From Delftia acidovorans NBRC 14950 (GTDB taxonomy: Bacteria; Pseudomonadota; Gammaproteobacteria; Burkholderiales; Burkholderiaceae_C): DNA of 32,000 nucleotides. The first letter of the stretch is position 1. Each line of letters begins with the position of its first letter. Location: NCBI RefSeq assembly GCF_001598795.1, contig NZ_BCZP01000021.1, positions 60,001 to 92,000 of the forward strand. The letters run 5' to 3'. The notes below the pieces were generated by a model. The model was not told the DNA's origin. It searched no databases and was given only the letters and a program-made list of their open reading frames with translations. The translations under genes and the position numbers were made by a program. Of the stretch, positions 17,088-24,672 are shown piece after piece.

Positions 17088-18211
17088 TGGCCACCAAACG
17101 CATTGCAGCGGCCACCCCGGAACCTGCCGCCCAGCGGCTGCCGGCCGAGATGGCCCACGCCCAGGAACTCGCGGCCCTGCAGGCCGCCGACCAGGGCCCG
17201 CGCCCCGACGGCTGGCGCCTGAGCCCGCGCTCCGTGCGGCGCTTCATCCTGGGCGGTGCGGAGCCTGACGGCGGCGGGCCTGCCATCGCGCGCAAGATCC
17301 ACGGCAACGATGCCCTGGTCGAGCGCGCCATCGTCACCCTGGCCGGCCAGCGCGGCCTGATGCTGGTGGGCGAGCCGGGCACGGCCAAGTCCCTGTTGTC
17401 CGAGCTGCTGGCCGCCGCCATCAGCGGCGACAGCAAGCTCACCGTGCAGGGCGGTGCCGGCGTGGTGGAAGAGCAGATCCGCTACGGCTGGAACTACGCC
17501 CTGCTGCTGCGTGACGGCCCTGGCCCCGAAGCCCTGGTGCCCGGCCCGCTGCACCGCGCCATGGGGGAAGGGCGGCTGCTGCGTTTCGAGGAAATCACGC
17601 GCTGCTCCACCGAAGTGCAGGACTGCATGGTGCCCGTGCTCTCCGAGCGGCTGCTGCAGATTCCCGAACTCAAGCACGAGCAGCCCTGGCTGCTGGCACG
17701 GCCGGGCTTCAATGTGATTGCCACGGCCAACCTGCGCGATCGCGGCGTCAACGAGATGTCGGCCGCGCTCAAGCGCCGCTTCAACTTCGAGACCATGCGC
17801 CCGCTCGAAGGCGTGGCCGCGCAGGCCGCATTGATAGGGCAGGAGGTGGGCCGCGCACTGGCGCAGCAGCGCATCGGCACCACCGTCGCGCCCGATGTGC
17901 TGGCCCTGCTGGCCACGGCCTTCCAGGAGCTGCGCAGCGGCAGCGTTGAGGGCACGGCCGTGGAGCGGCCGGGCACCGTGCTGTCCACGGCCGAGGCCAT
18001 CGACGTGGCCTTCAACGCCGCCTGCCAGTGCTGGTACTTCGGGCAGGAGCAGGTGGGTCCGGCCCACCTGGCGCGCCACCTGCTGGGCACGGTGATCAAG
18101 GACGACGACGAGGACCGGCGCCGTTTCGCCGAATACCTGCGCGTGGTGGCACGCCAGCGCGCAGGGCAGCCGCAGTGGCAGGACTTTGTCGCAGGCGGCC
18201 GTGAGCACTGA
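17087..18211 (+). CDS. MoxR-like AAA+ ATPase (YehL-like), 374 aa
   Basis: The ATG overlaps the upstream stop by 1 nt (TGATG). Motifs: Walker A GEPGTAKS (17369-17392), Walker B-like LLRFEEITR, sensor-1 NVIATAN and the Arg-finger region SAALKRRF. Confidence 0.85.
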   Translation: MATKRIAAATPEPAAQRLPAEMAHAQELAALQAADQGPRPDGWRLSPRSVRRFILGGAEPDGGGPAIARKIHGNDALVERAIVTLAGQRGLMLVGEPGTAKSLLSELLAAAISGDSKLTVQGGAGVVEEQIRYGWNYALLLRDGPGPEALVPGPLHRAMGEGRLLRFEEITRCSTEVQDCMVPVLSERLLQIPELKHEQPWLLARPGFNVIATANLRDRGVNEMSAALKRRFNFETMRPLEGVAAQAALIGQEVGRALAQQRIGTTVAPDVLALLATAFQELRSGSVEGTAVERPGTVLSTAEAIDVAFNAACQCWYFGQEQVGPAHLARHLLGTVIKDDDEDRRRFAEYLRVVARQRAGQPQWQDFVAGGREH

Positions 18212-20603
18212 CGCTGCCGCGTGGCTGGCGCCGCTGCCGCAGCTGCGCCTGGTGCCCGTGCGCCACCACAGCCCGCGCTGCGCCCACCACCTGCGCGCGC
18301 TGATGCGCGAGTTCAAGCCCACCCACGTGCTGATCGAAGGCCCGGGCGAGCTCGATGCCCTGCTGCCCGCGCTGCAGCACGCCCAGGCGCGTCCCCCGCT
18401 GGCCGCCTACCTGCATGCGGCCATGGCCGGGCCCGGCGCGGCCGAGCAAGACTGGCGCTGCCGTTGCTACGTGCCCTTTGCCGCCTTCTCGCCCGAATGG
18501 GTGGCCCTGCGCGAGGCGGCGCGGCTGCGCAGCGCCGTGCGCTTCATCGACCTGCCCTATGCCGACAGGCTGGCGCAGGCCGCGCAGCTGGACTACTTCG
18601 CCTGCGCGCCCGAACCCCTGCTGGCCGACGAGCCCGCACGGCGCGCGCCCGACGTGCTGGCCGGCCTCATCCAGGCCAGCGGCTGCCGCGATTTCGACGA
18701 ATGGTGGGACCGGCATTACGAATCTGGCAACGAGGACGCCTCGCCCCAGGCGTACTTTGCCGGCGTGCTGGCCTTCAGCCAGCTGCTGCGCGAGCGCGAG
18801 CAGGGCGCGGGCGGCAGCGGCATGGATGCCGAGGACGTGGCGCGCGAGGCCCACATGGCCGCTCAGGTCAGCGCGGCCCTGGCCGAAGGCGGGCGCTGCC
18901 TGGTGGTCTGCGGCGGCTTCCATGTGCCCGGCATCGTTGCCGGCCTCTCGGCCCCCGCCTGGCCTGCGGACGCCAGGCCCGCCATCGATGTAGGCGTGCA
19001 CCTCATTGCCTACACGCTGCAGCGGCTGGAGCGCGCCGGCGGCTACGCGGCCGGCATGCCCATGCCTGGCTACTACCAGGGCGTATGGCAGGCGCTGGAA
19101 CAGGGCGCTTCGCAACCCGATGCCCAGGCCTGGCCCGAGATGGCGGCACGCACCGTGAACAGCCTGCGCGCCCGGGGCATGCCCGCCAGCCTGCCTGAGG
19201 CGGCCGAGGCCGTGCGCCTGGCCCATGGTCTGGCCGCCTTGCGCGCCTGCCGCGGCGGCCGGGCCGAGCTGCTGGAAGCGCTGGACAGCGCCGTGTTCAA
19301 GGAGCATGCCCAGGCCCTGCGACCGCAGCCTATGGTGCAGCAGACCGGGCAGCAGACTGCTCAATGGCTGCTGGACGCCGACGACTACGGCCAGCTGCCA
19401 CCCAACGCGCCGGCCGCCCCGCTGCTGGTCGATGTGCAGGCCTTCTGCCTGCGACACCGTCTGCCCGTGCGGCCCGCCGCCCCCGTGCGCAAGGAGCTGG
19501 ACATCTACCGCAGCGCCCGCCACCGCCGGCTGTCGCAGGGGCTGCACCGCCTGTGCTACCTGGGCGTGCCCTATGCGCAGCGCCTGGCCGGGCCGGACTT
19601 CGTGGCGGGCACGGGCCTGGCGCGTGTGCGCGAGGTCTGGACGCTGGGCTGGCAGGTCGAGACCACGGTGGCCCTGACCGAGGCCATGTGTCACGGCTCC
19701 AGCCTGGAGGAAGCCGCGGTGCACCTGGTGCGCGAGCGCCTGGCGCAGACGGCCCACACGGAGCCCGCGCAGCGCGTGCTGGAGGTGCTGGTCATGGGGC
19801 TGGACGGCATCGCCCAACAGGTGCTGGACACCGTGCAGGCCTGGATGGAGCGCAGCCACGACGCGCTGGCCCTGGCCCGCGCCACGGGCTGCCTGGCCCT
19901 GGCCTACGAGGCCCGCCATGCGCTGGGCGGCGTGGGCCTGGCGCGCCTGCTCCCGCTGCTGCGGCGCTGCTTTGCGCAGGCCTGCCTGCGCCTGCCCTGG
20001 CTGGGCGAGGGCGATGCATCCCAGCAGGCACAGGCCCTGGATGCCCTGGCCGATCTGCACGGCATGGTCTGCCGCCACGCGCCCTGGGCCGACGCCGGCC
20101 TGTTCCACGATGCCTGTGCCGCCCTGCATGAGGCAGGCGCCGACAGCACGCCCGAGCCCGTGCGCGGCGCCACGGCCGGCATCCTGAGCATGGCCGGCCG
20201 CTGGCAGATCGCGCAGACCGATGCCGCCCTGCGCGCCATGCTGGGCCTGGCGCAGGTCGATGCTGCCGCCATGGGCGAATACCTGCAGGGCTTTGTGCGC
20301 GTGGCCAAGGGCTGGCTGCTCAGCCATCCGCCGCTGCTGCGCCTGCTCAGTGACGGCATTGCGCACTGGCCGGAAGACGCCTTCCTGGCCGGCCTGCCCG
20401 CCTTGCGGCTGGCCTTTGCCCAGCTGACCCGTGCCGAACTGCGGCAGCTGGCCGGGCGGCTGGCGGGTCTGTCGGGCGCGGCCACGTCACCCGGCGCAAC
20501 CACGCTGGCCTCCGTGCACCTGCCATCGGACGAGGCCCTGGCGCACGGCCGCGCCTTGGCGGCCCAGGTGGGCCGGCTGCTGCAACCCTGGGGACTGTCA
20601 TGA
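18201..20603 (+). CDS. Large uncharacterised protein, YehM-like (DUF5682-type, recalled from memory), ~800 aa
   Basis: The frame is open from the TTG at 18186. The GTG at 18201 overlaps the ATPase stop by 11 nt, so the start is uncertain by +/-15 nt. The N-terminus is LRLVPVRHHSPRCAHHLRALMREFKPTHVLIEGPGE...FSPEW, and the rest is Ala/Leu-rich and helical. The stop overlaps the next ATG (ATGA). Confidence 0.75.
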   Translation: MSTDAAAWLAPLPQLRLVPVRHHSPRCAHHLRALMREFKPTHVLIEGPGELDALLPALQHAQARPPLAAYLHAAMAGPGAAEQDWRCRCYVPFAAFSPEWVALREAARLRSAVRFIDLPYADRLAQAAQLDYFACAPEPLLADEPARRAPDVLAGLIQASGCRDFDEWWDRHYESGNEDASPQAYFAGVLAFSQLLREREQGAGGSGMDAEDVAREAHMAAQVSAALAEGGRCLVVCGGFHVPGIVAGLSAPAWPADARPAIDVGVHLIAYTLQRLERAGGYAAGMPMPGYYQGVWQALEQGASQPDAQAWPEMAARTVNSLRARGMPASLPEAAEAVRLAHGLAALRACRGGRAELLEALDSAVFKEHAQALRPQPMVQQTGQQTAQWLLDADDYGQLPPNAPAAPLLVDVQAFCLRHRLPVRPAAPVRKELDIYRSARHRRLSQGLHRLCYLGVPYAQRLAGPDFVAGTGLARVREVWTLGWQVETTVALTEAMCHGSSLEEAAVHLVRERLAQTAHTEPAQRVLEVLVMGLDGIAQQVLDTVQAWMERSHDALALARATGCLALAYEARHALGGVGLARLLPLLRRCFAQACLRLPWLGEGDASQQAQALDALADLHGMVCRHAPWADAGLFHDACAALHEAGADSTPEPVRGATAGILSMAGRWQIAQTDAALRAMLGLAQVDAAAMGEYLQGFVRVAKGWLLSHPPLLRLLSDGIAHWPEDAFLAGLPALRLAFAQLTRAELRQLAGRLAGLSGAATSPGATTLASVHLPSDEALAHGRALAAQVGRLLQPWGLS

Positions 20604-21844
20604 GCCGGGAAGATCCGCCAATGCACGAACCGCCAATGCACGAGCCGCCAATGCAGGAACAGGCAATCGATGCCGCCACCCTGAGGCGCTGGCGACTCAT
20701 CCTCGGGCCCGAGGCCGCCCAGCCCCTGGCTGCCGCGCAGCCGCTCGATGCCGCCGATGCGCGCCGCGACGCGGCACTGGACTATCTCTACCAGCGCGAG
20801 CACCGCCTGCGCGAGCAGGCGAACACCTCGGGCACCGATGCGTGGCAGGGCACGGGCGGGCTATCCGCGCGCCAGGGCGGCAGCGGCGTGCCCGAGCCCC
20901 AGGCTGTGCACTGGCTGGGCGAGGTGCGCGATCTGTTCCCGCGCAGCGCCGTGGAAACGCTGCAGCGCGATGCGCTGTCGCGCTATGGGCTCCATGGCCT
21001 GCTCAGTGATCCCCAGGTCCTGGCCGAGGCCGCGCCCAGCATCGAACTGGTGGCCGCCTTGATGGCGGTGCGCACCAGCCTGCCCCCCGAGGTGCTGGCC
21101 GAGGCCCGCCGGTTGGTGGCGCGCGTGGTGGCCGATCTGCAGGCGCGGCTGTCCTCGCGCGTGCACTCGGCCCTGGGGCGGCGGCGCAGGCGCCGCAGTA
21201 GCCGGGGCCAGGGGCAGATGAGCGATCTGGACTGGCCGCGCACCCTGCGCCACAACCTGCGCCACTACCAGAGCGAGGAGCAGGTGCTGGTGCTGGAGCG
21301 CCTGTTCTTCAGGGAGAACGAAGCACAGCGCCTGACCTGGGACCTGTGGCTGGTGGTGGACCAGAGCGGGTCCATGCATGAATCCGTCATCCACAGCGCC
21401 GTCATGGGCAGCATCTTTGCGCGCGTGCGCGCCCTGCGCACCCATGTGCTGCTGTTCTCCGATGCCGTGGCCGATGTCACCGGCCAGCTGCATGCGCCCG
21501 AAGAGCTGCTGCTGGGCGCGCAACTGGGCGGAGGCACCAACATCGGCGCGGCACTGGCGCATGTGGCCGGGCAGTTGGCCGCGCCGCGCCGCAGCGTGAT
21601 CGTGCTGATCACCGACCTGTACGAAGGCCATGACGAGGCCCGCGTCATCGCCGAGACCGAGCGGCTGGTTGCCAGTGGTGCCCGCGTGCTGGTGCTGGCT
21701 GCGCTGGACCGCCGCGCCCACCCCGACTATGACCGCGACCTGGCCGCGCAGCTGGTGGCGCGCGGCGCCCAGGTTGCCGCCATGACGCCCGACCATCTGG
21801 TGGATTGGCTGGCCCGTGCCATGCAGGGAGGGCAGCCTTCATGA
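20600..21844 (+). CDS. VWA (von Willebrand factor A) domain protein with an intact MIDAS (YehP/CoxE-like), 414 aa
   Basis: MIDAS DQSGS lies at 21359-21373 (VVDQSGSM), with downstream GGGTN and VLITDL. A basic RRRRRRSSR linker precedes the VWA domain. The gene has ATGA overlaps at both ends. Confidence 0.85.
   Translation: MSREDPPMHEPPMHEPPMQEQAIDAATLRRWRLILGPEAAQPLAAAQPLDAADARRDAALDYLYQREHRLREQANTSGTDAWQGTGGLSARQGGSGVPEPQAVHWLGEVRDLFPRSAVETLQRDALSRYGLHGLLSDPQVLAEAAPSIELVAALMAVRTSLPPEVLAEARRLVARVVADLQARLSSRVHSALGRRRRRRSSRGQGQMSDLDWPRTLRHNLRHYQSEEQVLVLERLFFRENEAQRLTWDLWLVVDQSGSMHESVIHSAVMGSIFARVRALRTHVLLFSDAVADVTGQLHAPEELLLGAQLGGGTNIGAALAHVAGQLAAPRRSVIVLITDLYEGHDEARVIAETERLVASGARVLVLAALDRRAHPDYDRDLAAQLVARGAQVAAMTPDHLVDWLARAMQGGQPS
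20615..20659 (+). repeat. In-frame tandem repeat, 3 x 15 bp (CCGCCAATGCACGAA / ...CACGAG / ...CAGGAA), encoding PPMHE-PPMHE-PPMQE
   Basis: I read it directly at codons 6-20 of the VWA gene. Each unit contains an in-frame ATG. Confidence 0.9.
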
Positions 21845-23529
21845 TGCAGGAATGGCTGCGCACCCTGGACGATGACGCCATTGCCGACTGGGCCAACAAG
21901 GGCCTGCTCAAGCGCGGGGCCAAGGCCCTGGCGGCGGTGGATGCGGGGCAGTGGGAGCTGGCGGCCAACCAGGCCCGCGCCGGCATCGAAGGCCATGTCC
22001 AGACCCTGGCCGGCGCGGGCTTTGCCACGCTGCAATGCAGCTGCCCCGCCTTTGGCCCCTGCCACCATCTGTGCGCCTTGCTGCTGGGCCTGCGGGCGCG
22101 GCTGGCCCACGAGACCCCGGCCGATGGCATGGCCCAGGCGCCCGCTGCCCCGTGGCTCGACGGCGATGCCGGCGCGGTGGCCCAGGCCTTTGGAATGGCC
22201 GCCCAGCGCAAGGCCTTGCGCTGGATGGCCCAGGGCTTCGAGGCGGTGCTGGAAGAGGCCCCGGCCACCCTGATCGGCGAACTGTCCAACCCCGACGAAG
22301 TCACCGTGCGCCTGCCGCGCGCCGGTGGCCTGGCGGCGGCCAGTTGCAGCTGCAAGGCAGCGGCCTGCGCCCACCGCGCCCTGGTGGCATTGCAGGCCCG
22401 GCGCCTGGCGGGCGCACCCATGCCGGAGCTGCCGGCGCAGGCGCTGGAAGCCGGCGCACTGCAGCGGCTGGCCCAGGCGCGCCAATGGCTGACCGGCTGG
22501 GTGCTGCAGGGCCGTGCAGGCATGAGCCCGGCCTTCCTCGACCAGGGCGAGGCACTGGCCACCGAACTGCGCCAGGCCGACCTGCCGCGCCCCGCCAGCG
22601 TGCTCAACCTGCTGGTACGCGCCTTGCGTGACGAGCGCGCAGGGCGTGCCGGTGCGGCCGAACGCGTGGCGCCCTTGCTGGCCGCGCTGTGGATGCTGCT
22701 GCGCGGCCTGGCGCAACAGCCCATGCCACGGCCCCTGAGCGAACTGGCGGGCGTGCACAGGCGCAGCTACCGGCGCGTGCAAGGCCTTTGCCTGCACGCC
22801 GTGGCAGCCGAGCTATGGCATGCGCGCGGCGGGCAGCGCGGGTTTTCCGTGCATTTGCAGGACGCGGCCAGCGGTCGGTATCTGACCTGGTCCGCATCGC
22901 GCGCCGAAGGCTTCGACCCGGAGTGGGAACCAGCCGGGGCGCTGGACTCGGAAACCCTGGGCGGCCTCACCGCAAGGCAGCTGCTGCAAGGCCCCCATGT
23001 GCTGCTGGACGGCTGGGCCAGCGACGATGGCCGCCTGTCGGCGCGCGACGCCACGCGGCTGGCACCGGCCCAGGCGACCGGCCCGCTGCCGATCCAGGTG
23101 ACCAGCCCGCTGCCGGTGGCCGACGATCCCCAGGCCCTGCTGCAGCGCCATCTGCAGGAGCTGCATGCCGACCCCTGGCGCCTGCAGCCGCCTCTTTGGG
23201 CACGGCTGCAGGTGGCCGGCAGCGGCCTGGCGCAGCGTGACGAGCTGCTGCAGCGCTGGACGATTGCATTGCGGTCGCCGGTGCCCGGGCCTTCCCTGTC
23301 CCTGGTGGGCGATCTGCACGGCATGCAGGGCAGGGCGGGTGAGGCATTGCGCAGGGAACTGGCGCGCGGCCGCGTGCTGCGGGAAGTCTTTGGCCGCGTG
23401 GAATTCGTGGCAGGGCAGCTGCAGATTGCCGTGGCTTCCGTGCGCTGGCGGGACAGCGCGCACTGGCACCATCCCAGCACGGCCTGGCCGCCGCCGCTTG
23501 CCGAAGTCGGTGTGGAGAAGGCTCCATGA
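21841..23529 (+). CDS. SWIM zinc-finger protein (YehQ-like), 562 aa
   Basis: There is an ATGA overlap with the VWA gene. Two CxCxnCxH motifs are present: CSCPAFGPCHH (22036-22065) and CSCKAAACAH (22345-22374). Confidence 0.8.
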   Translation: MMQEWLRTLDDDAIADWANKGLLKRGAKALAAVDAGQWELAANQARAGIEGHVQTLAGAGFATLQCSCPAFGPCHHLCALLLGLRARLAHETPADGMAQAPAAPWLDGDAGAVAQAFGMAAQRKALRWMAQGFEAVLEEAPATLIGELSNPDEVTVRLPRAGGLAAASCSCKAAACAHRALVALQARRLAGAPMPELPAQALEAGALQRLAQARQWLTGWVLQGRAGMSPAFLDQGEALATELRQADLPRPASVLNLLVRALRDERAGRAGAAERVAPLLAALWMLLRGLAQQPMPRPLSELAGVHRRSYRRVQGLCLHAVAAELWHARGGQRGFSVHLQDAASGRYLTWSASRAEGFDPEWEPAGALDSETLGGLTARQLLQGPHVLLDGWASDDGRLSARDATRLAPAQATGPLPIQVTSPLPVADDPQALLQRHLQELHADPWRLQPPLWARLQVAGSGLAQRDELLQRWTIALRSPVPGPSLSLVGDLHGMQGRAGEALRRELARGRVLREVFGRVEFVAGQLQIAVASVRWRDSAHWHHPSTAWPPPLAEVGVEKAP

Positions 23530-23840
23530 GCAGTTCAATCAAAGCAAGCAACGAGAGCACCACCGCGCCGCTGCGCCATTGGCTGGCACAAGGCCAGGCC
23601 TGGCTGGCCGACATGCAGGCCGCAGGCCTGGCGGGTGCCGGCGCACCGCTGCTGGCCGCAGGCCGGGCCTGGGCCGACGAGGGCGCGCTGCTGGGCTGGG
23701 GCGCCCTGGCAAGGCAGATGGACGGCGTGCTGGACCCGCAGCTGCCGCCGGCGGAGCGCGCGGCCGCCCTGCTCGATATCGCGGTCTGGGTCATGACCGC
23801 GCAGCGGCTGCAGGCCGGTGCGGATCAGTCCTTGCCCTGA
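23526..23840 (+). CDS. Small hypothetical protein (104 aa), translationally coupled to the SWIM gene
   Basis: There is an ATGA overlap at 23526-23529. GC3 is high and the protein is Ala/Leu/Trp-rich. Its 3' end overlaps the convergent downstream gene by 16 nt. No family was recognised. Confidence 0.55.
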   Translation: MSSSIKASNESTTAPLRHWLAQGQAWLADMQAAGLAGAGAPLLAAGRAWADEGALLGWGALARQMDGVLDPQLPPAERAAALLDIAVWVMTAQRLQAGADQSLP

Positions 23841-24652
23841 AAAAAGCCATTGAGTTCGGCGCCCGGCGTGGCCTGGGCGAACGCGTCGAAGCGCCCCGTC
23901 TCGGCAATGGAGCGCGCCGCATGCAGAAACCCGCTCCAGGCTGCGCGCGCCAGTGCGCCGCCCACGCTGATGCGGCGCACGCCCATGGCCTCGGCATCCT
24001 GCAGGCTCCATTCGCTGGCCCCTCCGATCAGCAGATTCACCGGCTTGGGTGCCACGGCCGCCACCACGGCACGGATCTGCTCGGCGCTGCGGATGCCGGG
24101 TGCGTACAGGCAGTCCGCGCCGGCCTCGGCATAGGCCTTGAGCCGGGCAATGGTGTCGTCCAGATCGGGCCGGCCCACGAAGAAATTCTCCGCACGCCCG
24201 ACCAACAAAGTGCCGCCACCGGCCTCGTCGATGGCTGCACGGGCGGCGCGCAGCCGGGCCACGGCTTCCTCGATGCTGCGCAAGGGGTTGGCTGCATCGC
24301 CTGTCGAGTCTTCGATGGACAGGCCCGCCACGCCGGTGTCCACGGCCATGCGCACGCTTTCGGCAACCTCCTGCGGGCCCAGGCCGAAGCCGCTTTCAAA
24401 GTCCGCATTCACGGGCAGATCGGTGGCCGCGACCAGGCTGCGCAGATGCTCCAGCGTCATCTCGCGGGAGATGGCGCCATCGGGCTGGCCCAGCGACCAG
24501 GCATGGCCTGAGCTGGTGCTGGCCAGCGCCTTGAAGCCCAGGCCCTGCAGCATGCGGGCGCTGCCCGCATCCCAGGGATTGGGCAGCACAAAGCAGCCCT
24601 GGCGGTGCAGGGCGTGGAAGGTGGCGCGCTTTTGTTCGGTGGTGGGGGTCAT
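23825..24652 (-). CDS. Isocitrate lyase / PEP mutase superfamily enzyme (2-methylisocitrate-lyase-like)
   Basis: From MTPTTEQKRATFHALH it shows FVLPNPWDAGSARML, DLPVNADFESGFG, AGLSIEDS and ADCLYAPG, which are characteristic ICL/PEPM motifs. It is 275 aa. Confidence 0.85.
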   Translation of the reverse strand: MTPTTEQKRATFHALHRQGCFVLPNPWDAGSARMLQGLGFKALASTSSGHAWSLGQPDGAISREMTLEHLRSLVAATDLPVNADFESGFGLGPQEVAESVRMAVDTGVAGLSIEDSTGDAANPLRSIEEAVARLRAARAAIDEAGGGTLLVGRAENFFVGRPDLDDTIARLKAYAEAGADCLYAPGIRSAEQIRAVVAAVAPKPVNLLIGGASEWSLQDAEAMGVRRISVGGALARAAWSGFLHAARSIAETGRFDAFAQATPGAELNGFFQGKD

Positions 24653-24672
24653 GGGGGCACTCCGTTGCGGGG

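Noticed and set aside
21645-22797. Two ~356-359 aa minus-strand ORFs opposite the SWIM gene, and plus-strand out-of-frame ORFs in the same region.
   Set aside because: They are antisense or out-of-frame shadows. They are low-complexity and carry no motifs, whereas the chosen frame has two SWIM motifs and ATGA coupling on both sides.
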